Positions 26,248 through 35,205 of a stretch of DNA of 64,000 bases are shown here, in pieces. A program made the translations under genes and the position numbers. Each line of letters opens with the position of its first letter. Positions within the stretch are counted from its first letter, which is position 1. The DNA lies in NCBI GenBank assembly GCA_016191325.1, contig JACPOV010000008.1, positions 578,900 to 642,899 on the forward strand, in the 5' to 3' direction. The stretch is from Candidatus Babelota bacterium. GTDB taxonomy: Bacteria; Babelota; Babeliae; Babelales; JACPOV01. The notes beneath the pieces were generated by a model. It did no database searches, was not told where the DNA came from, and saw only the letters and a program-made list of their open reading frames with translations.

Positions 26248-26617
26248 AAGCGCTATCCTATCGGTCTTATATTTTTTAACGTGTCGCGTTACCGGCTCTT
26301 TCGCTTCCAACCCCAGAGCCATTTTTCCTGACTGAATTAATTTACGGCCTAAGGGCCGTTCTATTATGTCCAAAGTATACAATATAATCAAAAAACTGTC
26401 GATAGATTGCCCTAAAATCCGCGTTTTAGGGCGTGAACAAACATGAGTTGTTGTTCTTCAGTAATTTTTAAAGAATAATCGCACCCAATACGCAATCGTT
26501 ATCCCAAGGGCTAACAGAGAGGATAGTTTTTGTGCCGTACAACGATTGTCTATTTTCATTGTCTGCCCTGTATACATTGTGTTAAAATTTCTATTATGAA
26601 TATTTTATTTACAAGCC

Positions 26618-27277
26618 GTGCGAAGGGCAAGCATGATGAAATTATCACGAATTTCGGTATTATTTATCATTTTTGTTTTCAGTAAAACGTTTGGAGCCGC
26701 CGCTGCAATTACTCAACCCGATGTTAGAAAAACAATCCCAATGGCTGAACATCAATTACGGGTGGCCATGGACCAAGCGTGGACCGATAGAGGATCATTA
26801 CTGCATGATTATGTGGTGGAAAGCCTCAATAATAGTGGACAAACTAAGGCGCTTAACGATCAATTACTTAAAAACAATAAAGCTATTGCCGATGCGTTTG
26901 GCTCTTATTATCCTGCTGCCTCAATTGATAAAATAAACGGCCTTTTAAAAGATATGCTTACCATTTCATTAAATCTGATTGATGCGGCAAGAAAGAACGA
27001 TGCGGCCGCGATAAACGCCAAAACAAACCTCTGGCGTTCAAAAGCTGACGATTTTTCACGCTATCTTTATGCATTAAATCCTAATTTGGTCTTTACTAAA
27101 ACGCAGAAATTGCTGGATGATTACCTACAGCTCACTATCGATGCCATAAATGCGCGCGTTAAAAAAAATTGGGCTACCGACGTAGATGTACAAGAAAAAT
27201 TAACGCATCAATTACAAACCATTGCTGAGCAATTTTCTAATGCGATCATAAAGCAATTTCCAGCAAAATTTAAATAA
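26618..27277 (+). CDS. hypothetical exported helical protein
   Basis: 219-aa ORF with signal-like LSRISVLFIIFVFSKTFGAAAA. The remainder is predicted helical and no family was recognised. Confidence 0.5.
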   Translation: MRRASMMKLSRISVLFIIFVFSKTFGAAAAITQPDVRKTIPMAEHQLRVAMDQAWTDRGSLLHDYVVESLNNSGQTKALNDQLLKNNKAIADAFGSYYPAASIDKINGLLKDMLTISLNLIDAARKNDAAAINAKTNLWRSKADDFSRYLYALNPNLVFTKTQKLLDDYLQLTIDAINARVKKNWATDVDVQEKLTHQLQTIAEQFSNAIIKQFPAKFK

Positions 27278-27285
27278 GGAAAGAA

Positions 27286-29013
27286 ATGAGCAAAAAGCTG
27301 TTTATTATTTTACTGGCATGTGCCACCACGCTTCATACCAATTATGCGATGGAACTCATTGGTATGGATATCAAACCGCACATAAGTTTGGATGTAATCG
27401 ATGGTACATTCGAAATCAATGAATCAGATTATGGTCTATTGGAAAATTATTCGATCACCATGAAAGACTATCAAGAAGATACCAAAGAAGAGTTGAAAAA
27501 GTTCAAGTTAACGAAAAACTCATTAACTACTCTCATTAATTATTTAAGTATGCTCGATTCAAACAAAGAAAAACTCCTCAATCAGCTTAAGACAGAAAAA
27601 AATGAAGATTTAAATATAGGACTTCAAGCAGCCGATTATCTTAATATTCCTGATTTGGTTACTGCGATTACTGATGAATTAGCGACTCGCTTCAATTCAG
27701 CGCAATTTATTTCGCAATTCAAAAAAAATCCTGCGATTCTCAAAAACTTAAAACTTTATCCTCAAATCAACAATGCTATAGCAAAAAAAATTCTCGAAAA
27801 AAATTCTCCTGTAGTGAGCTTTCTGAAATCACAATTGAAGTTTCCAATTATTAATAATGCTTCGATAACGGACACTGTAAATAAAGTTTTTGCAATTAAC
27901 CCTAAAAATACCATTATTGCTTTTGGTGCGCCAAAAGTTACTGAATCAAAAACAATAAAAGCAATTGTTAACCTGTATGACATCGTCAGCGGCACATTAA
28001 TTCATACTATTGATGATGATTCATTTGGCAATTCGATTTATGGACTTTCATTCAGCCCCGATGGAACTATGCTTGGCATAGCTGATCGAGCTTCTTTTTA
28101 TCTCTATAATGCAACTACCTATAAGCCTATTAAACAATTCGATTCTGATGCATTTACTGTCGCGTTCACAAGCGATAGTAAAAATGTTGCATTTAGTGAT
28201 GGGGCGACGGTAAATATTTGGGACTTTGAGCAGCAAAATATTATTTTTACAGATGCTCCCGTTCAAGAAGGTATACTTACAAACCTTATATTTAGCCCAA
28301 ACAATGAATTCCTTGCCGGATCCTTCGGCCATACATTTATTAACTGGAATCTTGGAATCATAAATCCTTTAATCTTTCCTAGCTCAGCCCTTGGACACAA
28401 TATTGCTTATACTAATGCGTCCGAATCTAACCTTAACTCCGATAGAGGCCCTTTCATCTTTACACCAGATAGCTCAGAGATCCTTGTCGGGTTGAAAAAT
28501 GGAGCAATAAATATCCACAGTTTATTCATAGGTTTCAAATCAAAAACATCATTAACTGGTCGCGAAGGCATTAATTCTCTCTGTTTTAGTTCAGATCAAT
28601 CGTTACTAGCAAGTGCAAATGATTTTGGCGTTGATATATTCGATTGGCAAACAAAAAAACAACTTTTTTCTCTCTCTTCAGATCCCGTTTGGTTTGCAAC
28701 GTTTAATAAAATAAATACAAAACTTATTACTGTCGGGGCGGGACAAAAAATCCAAATAACTATATACGATTTATCACCAATTTCTGGGCTACTAAACTAT
28801 CTTAATAACCTTCAAACAGAGCAAATTATTCTTTTACTTTTAATATATAAATATGGATCCGCAATTATTAACGAAAACCAGCAGCTAAAAACGCTGTTTG
28901 AAAGCTTGCCACAAAGTATGAAAACGCTGTTTACTATGCCAACAGCACCCCAAGGTGAATCATTTATGAAAGCTTGGTGGGGTTATGCAAGAAACTATTT
29001 CATGAAAAAATAA
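27286..29013 (+). CDS. exported Skp1/BTB(POZ)-fold plus beta-propeller repeat protein
   Basis: Signal-like [41 protein letters not shown]...[28 protein letters not shown] parallels the Skp1 segments [13 protein letters not shown]... and [25 protein letters not shown]. WD40/PD40-like repeats follow ([36 protein letters not shown]). Confidence 0.6.
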   Translation: [575 protein letters not shown]

Positions 29014-29026
29014 GTTTTTGCAAAAA

Positions 29027-30376
29027 TTATACAACTATTGGTTGTTCATAAAGCGGCGACCAGCTTGGATAGCAGCAACGATCTTGTGCGCTCGTTACAT
29101 AAATGCGCTCATTACTAAAAACATGATGCACCGCAACTCTACTTGTTTTTCCATTAGTTACGGTAAATGCCAAATAGTTTCCGCAGGGAGACCAACACGA
29201 TTCTTCTTTATTACTGTTATCAAACGTCATTTGTGTATGCGTTTTGGTGATCAAATCGTAGGAGAAAAGCTGCGCAACGCCATTGCACATACGCGAATAA
29301 GCTATTTTGCTTGTCGCTTGGCAAAAACTTGGGCTTGAACAATATCCGTCGTTGGTCACTCTTTCAAATTCCTTTGTATCAGCATGATAATAGCAAATAT
29401 ACGGCTGCTTGCTTCCTGCATCTGAACAAAAAACAATATCTCCATTATCGCAGAGTGTTGGCGAAATATTTTGGCCGCTATTATGAGTAATTTGCGAAAG
29501 TGAAGGCCGGCCTGTTTGCGCATCTATCTGATATAAATAAATGGTGCTCTTGCTTCCAATAGAACCATCGCACGAACAATAGACGACTTTTTTCCCATCG
29601 TTTGAAAATGAAGGACGCATCACAAACCCATCAAGATTTGCGACCATTTTTCTCTTTTTATCCATAGCGACCGACATTAAACGCACATTTGAATTCGTAA
29701 TTTCTGAATATAAAACCATTGGCGCAAGAGAATCGTTATTCCAACGCGGTGCAAATGCATTTGCATGCTGCACAAGAAGCGAAGATTGTTCCGCACATTT
29801 TTCGCAATCAATATAGGGCGCAGTTACATAAATATGTTTTTCGATTTTCTTTCCCTTGATCCTTTTTTCTTTGCAGTACGCAATGCGCGTTGAGAAAAAA
29901 CCACCCTGGCCGGTGAGTAATGGCCATACTTGATCAGCAATGTGTTCCGCTACAATCGCTGGCGGATATTCTTTGGTAACAAACCGTTTACCTTTAAGCA
30001 TTTGATGCGCATCAAGATCATATAAGCGCCAATCGATGGTAGTGCCGCGCCACGAATGCGCTAAAAATAAACCGAGGCCAAAACCATCTTTCGTTAATTC
30101 TTTCATTGCAGCTTTTGATGGCTGTTTTTCAAATGGCATAACCGTAACTGAAAAACCACTCAGCATTACCTTTGAACGTTCAAGCATTTCTTTAAGTAAT
30201 GGAGAACTTGCATCCATTATTTCATTTGCATCAATAACGCCAATTAACAATTTCATTTTTTCGACCGATGATCCTTTAATCGAAACATTCATCGGCGCAT
30301 TTTCTAAAGCTGTGATACGCAAAAATAAAAAAATGGGTATCAGAAACAATAAAATTTTATTTTTAATACTATTCAT
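29027..30376 (-). CDS. tolB: Tol-Pal system beta-propeller protein TolB
   Basis: Signal peptide, TolB N-domain, FFSTRIAYC pattern and repeated PD40-type blades (PSFSNDGKKVVY, WSPCGNYLAFT). It is located downstream of tolQ-tolR-tolA. Confidence 0.8.
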   Translation of the reverse strand: MNSIKNKILLFLIPIFLFLRITALENAPMNVSIKGSSVEKMKLLIGVIDANEIMDASSPLLKEMLERSKVMLSGFSVTVMPFEKQPSKAAMKELTKDGFGLGLFLAHSWRGTTIDWRLYDLDAHQMLKGKRFVTKEYPPAIVAEHIADQVWPLLTGQGGFFSTRIAYCKEKRIKGKKIEKHIYVTAPYIDCEKCAEQSSLLVQHANAFAPRWNNDSLAPMVLYSEITNSNVRLMSVAMDKKRKMVANLDGFVMRPSFSNDGKKVVYCSCDGSIGSKSTIYLYQIDAQTGRPSLSQITHNSGQNISPTLCDNGDIVFCSDAGSKQPYICYYHADTKEFERVTNDGYCSSPSFCQATSKIAYSRMCNGVAQLFSYDLITKTHTQMTFDNSNKEESCWSPCGNYLAFTVTNGKTSRVAVHHVFSNERIYVTSAQDRCCYPSWSPLYEQPIVV

Positions 30377-30405
30377 ATCGACTCCAAATAGTTATGTGTA
30401 ACTTA

Positions 30406-31323
30406 TTATAGTTGAAAAGCTATAATAAGTTCTTTTCCTGCAAGATCGCGTGGCAAATAAGTTTGCAGCAACGCCATGCGCGCAGCGATATCGTACGTAA
30501 TAAGTGTGGACGATTCTTGAATCACCGCATGTGAAACTTTTCCATCATTATCAACAGACACTTTCACAACGCAGCCTCGTGGTGGCCGAATGCCCGCAGG
30601 AGGATGCCACGCCCGCTCAATTTCTTCCTGGATTACTGCATATAAACAAAGCGCATCATATTCTTGATGGCCAATCGCAATTATTTCATTATCAACCGGC
30701 ATCGATTGAACATCGTTTTGAGAAAGTAGTGGTTGCTGCTGAATTTCTTGATGTTCAGTAACCATTTTTTTTATTTCGTTCGGTTGCTTTTCTTGTTCTT
30801 CTTTTTTTTCCGGCAATTTTTTGATTGGCTCTGGCTTCAGTTCTTGTTTTTTATCAATTATTTTTTCTGGCAATTTTTTTGCCGCAGCGATCATTTTTTC
30901 TTTTTTAGATTCTACTTTTTTTTCTTTACTTGCGGTCTTGAGTGATTGCTTTTGCTGTTTCTTTTGAGCGATCTGCTTTTTTTCCGGCTTCATTTTATTA
31001 ATCGTCGTGCATGGTTCAGGAGCTGCAGCAACAGGCAATTTTTTTTCAGAAACATTTTTTTGCGCTTGATTTTGCAATTGCGCTACACGCTTCATCGCAC
31101 CCGGAATGTGATGAGCAGTGGAAACAAATTGAATTGGCAAATCCGAAATGCGGCGGGAACCAAGCACCAATTGCATCGTATTTGTATTCTTTGGCGGCAC
31201 AAATAAAAGAATTACCATCGCAATATGTAATGCAATGGAAGCGGTGCATGAAATAATAATTAAACGCGATACATTAAACCGTAACGCTTGCCAGCGCAAT
31301 CTTAACATCTTGAACACCCCCAA
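30406..31323 (-). CDS. tolA: TolA/TonB-like protein
   Basis: N-terminal TM anchor, a long K/E/P/Q-rich spacer and a C-terminal TonB_C/TolA-like domain (WHPPAGIRPPRGCVVKVSVDNDGKV). It overlaps the tolR 3' end; the start may be ATG 31308. Confidence 0.6.
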   Translation of the reverse strand: MGVFKMLRLRWQALRFNVSRLIIISCTASIALHIAMVILLFVPPKNTNTMQLVLGSRRISDLPIQFVSTAHHIPGAMKRVAQLQNQAQKNVSEKKLPVAAAPEPCTTINKMKPEKKQIAQKKQQKQSLKTASKEKKVESKKEKMIAAAKKLPEKIIDKKQELKPEPIKKLPEKKEEQEKQPNEIKKMVTEHQEIQQQPLLSQNDVQSMPVDNEIIAIGHQEYDALCLYAVIQEEIERAWHPPAGIRPPRGCVVKVSVDNDGKVSHAVIQESSTLITYDIAARMALLQTYLPRDLAGKELIIAFQL

Positions 31324-31705
31324 CAGCCTTGATGCGATCTATAACCCCTACCAGCGTGCCGCATGATTTCCCTTCATCAATACGCACCCAAACGCTGACC
31401 GGTTTTTTTAGTGAACGGCTTGCATGCACTTTAATTTCAGTTCCGAGCTGTTCTAATGCTATCGGTTTACTATTTAAAAATAAACCGCCCTTAGCATCGA
31501 TCGTTACTACGATCTCTTGCCCTTCCTTACCGCCCTCTTTTGATTGACCTTGCGGTAGATTTACTTTAATTGCGTTGTGAATCATCGGCGTTGTAACCAT
31601 GAAAATAATCAATAAGGTGAGCGCCGTATCGATCATTGGCGTTAAGCTAAGCTCCGGAATCGATGCTTGCGCGCGACGGCGCCTGCGTAATTTCATCATG
31701 CGCAT
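31274..31705 (-). CDS. tolR: TolR/ExbD family protein
   Basis: PELSLTPMIDTALTLLIIFMV is the ExbD/TolR N-terminal TM signature. 143 aa. Confidence 0.85.
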   Translation of the reverse strand: MRMMKLRRRRRAQASIPELSLTPMIDTALTLLIIFMVTTPMIHNAIKVNLPQGQSKEGGKEGQEIVVTIDAKGGLFLNSKPIALEQLGTEIKVHASRSLKKPVSVWVRIDEGKSCGTLVGVIDRIKAVGGVQDVKIALASVTV

Positions 31706-31713
31706 CCTTTTCG

Positions 31714-32397
31714 CTATTTAAGGAACAACGTATTTACCGAGAACACTAAACGATCGGTTAAATTATAAAGATAGTATTCAAGCATGCGCGCGCGCGTCGA
31801 TAAATAGTGGAACATCATTAATGCGGGAATAGCCACCATCAATCCCGCAAGCGTTGTTATAAGCGCTTCCGCAATACCTGGGGCAATCGTTGGAATATCT
31901 GCCGTTTGTTTTTCGCTAATGCGCACAAACGAGTGAATTAATCCCCACACCGTGCCAAATAATCCAAGCAAAGGAGAAACTGCCGCAGTTGCTGCAAAGA
32001 AAGGTAAATAGGATTCTTCTGTATGCAAAACATCTGCCACGCTTTGTTCCAAATCCCCCTCAACGATCTCAAGTTCTCGATCTGAAAGTGGCGTAAAGCT
32101 TTGCCGCGTTTCCAATAACGTTTTTAAAATAGTTAAATTTTTTGTGATGACAAATCCGGGCATGGTATGCGCATGTTCACTTGCAACTGCGCGTAAATCA
32201 TCAAAAGTGGAAGCCCGTTTAACATCGCTGAGCGCTTGCATTAACTGCCGGCGGCGCGAGGCACCAAGAATTAATTTATAAATAAAAAGCGCCCATGAAA
32301 TAACAGAAAGAGCGAGCAATATAAGCAAAATAATTTTTGTCATTGCATCTGATTGAGTAATCAGTTGAATAACCGGATTCGAGTAAACCCCAACCAT
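31714..32397 (-). CDS. tolQ: TolQ/ExbB/MotA family proton channel
   Basis: Three TM helices and the conserved APLLGLFGTVWGLIHSF and IAPGIAEALITTLAGL motifs. Confidence 0.85.
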   Translation of the reverse strand: MVGVYSNPVIQLITQSDAMTKIILLILLALSVISWALFIYKLILGASRRRQLMQALSDVKRASTFDDLRAVASEHAHTMPGFVITKNLTILKTLLETRQSFTPLSDRELEIVEGDLEQSVADVLHTEESYLPFFAATAAVSPLLGLFGTVWGLIHSFVRISEKQTADIPTIAPGIAEALITTLAGLMVAIPALMMFHYLSTRARMLEYYLYNLTDRLVFSVNTLFLK

Positions 32398-32566
32398 GAA
32401 ATTCCCTTCAGTTATACTTTTTTTATACCTCCAACGTCACTGAGTGTACTGCTTTTCACTCTTTTTGGGCAAGATTTATATGAAACCATACATAGCGCCC
32501 CCGCGCCAGTTGACTATCTGAAATTTTTTGGCATTATTAAAGTATCACTATAAATGGAGCGATACT

Positions 32567-33769
32567 ATGATTAACAGACGATTTGTTTTATTTCTATCTT
32601 TATTGGCGTACTCCGCTTGCTCCGCACTTGAAGCAAATATATTCTCTCAAGGTTTTGAATATTTTAAGAATAGAATCGCTACCCTTAATGATTCAACTAA
32701 AGAAACCCTCAGGGCCGCTGGTGTCTGTACCTTAGTTGCGGGAGCGGTCGGTTCTTGGGTCTATTTTAAAAAGTTAACATCTAGATCAAGTGAACTTACA
32801 AATAAAATAAAAAATATAGATGTACCAACCCAACCAAGCTTTGAAGACACCTGCGGTTACAGAGCGCTACATACAGCTTCAAAAGCATATGAGTTACATC
32901 AACAGGGTTATCCTTCTAAAGATGATGCGCCGAAAGAATTGGCTCCGGTTTTTATGGATGAGCAGATCTTATCCGATCATCTAAAGAATTGGAAAAAAGT
33001 CATCTTAATAAAACGATCGACAGAAGTATTGAAAGAATACGTTAAAAACCACATGTTAGAGGCAATAGCGCCACTCAAAGAAAGTGCGCCTGCTACCTAT
33101 GAACCTCTTCGTAACGCGCTTAATAACCAAATAATTCAGCAATTCAATTTCGATTCTATATCAAAATTGACCCCACTCGATATACATCAAGAGGAACTAA
33201 AAAAGCTATTTCATAATTCACTAGAACATGAAATAGCACAAAACGAACATGTTCAAAGCTGCCTGAAGAATTTACCATCATTTCATTTGAATCAACAACT
33301 AGCGCAAGAGCTCATAATTGACAAATGCGGCAACCTAAATGAATCTCTAAGCGGTGATGAAATCTTAGCAATTGCTAAACAAAAGTATGGAAATTCGATA
33401 GCTGAAAATCATTTTATCGTTTTAGAAAATATGCAATTTCTTTCTAGCTATATGCCACAAATAATTGACTGGAAAAAATCTACTGATGGATTTCTTGCAT
33501 TTATTATTGGGACAATGAAAGTTCAGCGTGGAAATTATGGACACTGGTTCACGCTTATAGCTGAGAAAAAAGATCGAGCAAAATCGTACTACGTTGCCGA
33601 TTCGATAGGAACCAATAGAGCAAATAATAATAACGTTTTATCAATCGTAGAAGAGCTCGAGAAGCCTATAGCATCTTCACAACTCAATCCCAGAAAAGAA
33701 ATGGCCAATGCTGTTAAATTAGCAACTAGAATGCAAAAATTCCGAGGCGCTGTCGGAAAAATCGCGTAA
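32567..33769 (+). CDS. exported papain-fold cysteine peptidase resembling OTU/Josephin deubiquitinases
   Basis: GGAG RBS 7 nt before ATG 32567 and signal-like MINRRFVLFLSLLAYSACSALEA. The Cys motif EDTCGYRALHTA compares with OTU DGNCLFRAL. The His motif GHWFTLIAEKKDRAKSYYVADS compares with Josephin EHWFTVRKLGKQWFNLNS. Confidence 0.5.
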   Translation: MINRRFVLFLSLLAYSACSALEANIFSQGFEYFKNRIATLNDSTKETLRAAGVCTLVAGAVGSWVYFKKLTSRSSELTNKIKNIDVPTQPSFEDTCGYRALHTASKAYELHQQGYPSKDDAPKELAPVFMDEQILSDHLKNWKKVILIKRSTEVLKEYVKNHMLEAIAPLKESAPATYEPLRNALNNQIIQQFNFDSISKLTPLDIHQEELKKLFHNSLEHEIAQNEHVQSCLKNLPSFHLNQQLAQELIIDKCGNLNESLSGDEILAIAKQKYGNSIAENHFIVLENMQFLSSYMPQIIDWKKSTDGFLAFIIGTMKVQRGNYGHWFTLIAEKKDRAKSYYVADSIGTNRANNNNVLSIVEELEKPIASSQLNPRKEMANAVKLATRMQKFRGAVGKIA

Positions 33770-33770
33770 C

Positions 33771-35183
33771 TTAATTGTTGTTCTGAAATACCCGTTTTTT
33801 TAATTCTTCTTTATCCCAAATTCCTTCATCGATCTGAATTTTATAAGCACGCTTAAGTAACTTACCAAGTTCAGGCCCAGGTTTGATTACATCAAGCAAA
33901 TCTCTCCCTTGTAAAATCGGCTTTTCGGGCTCATGAAGTACACGCGCCTCTTTTGCTCTCTCAAGAAATGCTGAAACATCAGAAAACTGCTCTGTAAGAG
34001 GCGTCCCTTTCTTAGGATTTCTTCCGCGCCTATCGGCGAGCGTAAGCATCCCGAGCATCTGCATCGTAATCTCGGGCGCCAATTTGCGCGCAAGTCGTTT
34101 ATAGGCTGGAAGCTTTGCATTGTTTTTAACCAGTTGCCCCGGCTGCATATGATAACGAGCTAGTTTTGCAATGCATGAAATAAGATCTTTATTGCGCATA
34201 ATGCGCTTAAGCATTCTTTTTGCGAGTGTTTCACTCTTTTTTTCGTGCCCGTAACTAATAATTTTCCCATCAAAAATTTGAGTCGTACTTACTTTTCCCA
34301 GATCGTGGCACAATGCTGCATACACGATTTTTAATTTTTCTTCTTGTGATGGATATTCAAGAGCCGCCGCCGCGTCAAATGCTTGCTTAGTGTGTTCGTA
34401 AACATCGCCCTCGGGATGCCAGTCCGGTTCTTGTACAATTCCTTTAGTAGCTGCAAGCTCTGGCAAAATATCTTTGAGTCTGCCAATCTCATCCAGCCAA
34501 GAAATACCAAGCGATGGTTGTTTAGATTTGAGCAAAAGTTTTGCAAATTCCGCTTCAATGCGCTCTCGCGAAACCGATTTGAGATTCATTTCGGCGCATA
34601 ATTTATTTAAAATCGCGTCTGGCTTCATTTCAAAACGCCCAACAAACTGCATTACACGATAAAAGCGCAGCGGATCTTCAATAAAAAATGTAGGATCTGG
34701 CGCACGCAAAATCTTCTTTTTTAAATCGAGAAGGCCATTAAACGGGTCAACTAATTCAAACGTAATTAAATTAATTCCCATCGCATTAATCGTTAAATCT
34801 CGCCGAGAAAAAGCACGTTCATAAGAAAGATGCGGATCGAGTACAACTTCTGGTTTACGGCCAGATGCATCGCTGCGCGGAACTGCCCAATCAGCCTCGA
34901 GCCCATGTAAACGTAAAACGCCAAATGCTTTACCAACCAAACTTACTTGGCCAAACTCACCGAGCACCGTTTGAAGTTCTTCAAGCGAACAATTATAAAC
35001 TTCAATATCCACATCTTTGAGCGGCAATCCTAAAAACAGATCCCGCACCGCTCCGCCAACAAGCAATGCTTGGCAACCGCGCTCAGAAAGTTTTTGCGCG
35101 ATCGTCTGCACTAATGGATACTGCTCATTAATAATTTGAGTGAGGCGCTTTTGAATAGTTGCATCAACTTTTGTATACTGCAT
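33771..35183 (-). CDS. cca: CCA-adding tRNA nucleotidyltransferase with HD domain
   Basis: GGAVRDLFLGLPLKDVDIEV nucleotidyltransferase motif, RRDLTINAM, and a C-terminal HD domain (LCHDLGK). Confidence 0.85.
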   Translation of the reverse strand: MQYTKVDATIQKRLTQIINEQYPLVQTIAQKLSERGCQALLVGGAVRDLFLGLPLKDVDIEVYNCSLEELQTVLGEFGQVSLVGKAFGVLRLHGLEADWAVPRSDASGRKPEVVLDPHLSYERAFSRRDLTINAMGINLITFELVDPFNGLLDLKKKILRAPDPTFFIEDPLRFYRVMQFVGRFEMKPDAILNKLCAEMNLKSVSRERIEAEFAKLLLKSKQPSLGISWLDEIGRLKDILPELAATKGIVQEPDWHPEGDVYEHTKQAFDAAAALEYPSQEEKLKIVYAALCHDLGKVSTTQIFDGKIISYGHEKKSETLAKRMLKRIMRNKDLISCIAKLARYHMQPGQLVKNNAKLPAYKRLARKLAPEITMQMLGMLTLADRRGRNPKKGTPLTEQFSDVSAFLERAKEARVLHEPEKPILQGRDLLDVIKPGPELGKLLKRAYKIQIDEGIWDKEELKKRVFQNNN

Positions 35184-35205
35184 GGTGACATCCTGATAAT
35201 TTACC

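Noticed and set aside
26409-26432. Perfect 9-bp hairpin gccctaaaa-tccgcg-ttttagggc in the divergent ftsH / 26618 promoter region
   Set aside because: It is a single copy with no U-run and no recognisable riboswitch or operator context. It could be part of the ftsH 5' UTR, but there is insufficient evidence for any call.
30504-31366. Several plus-strand ORFs (F/L-rich, 70-86 aa) opposite tolA
   Set aside because: They are antisense translations of the K/E-rich low-complexity spacer of tolA, with compositional artefacts.
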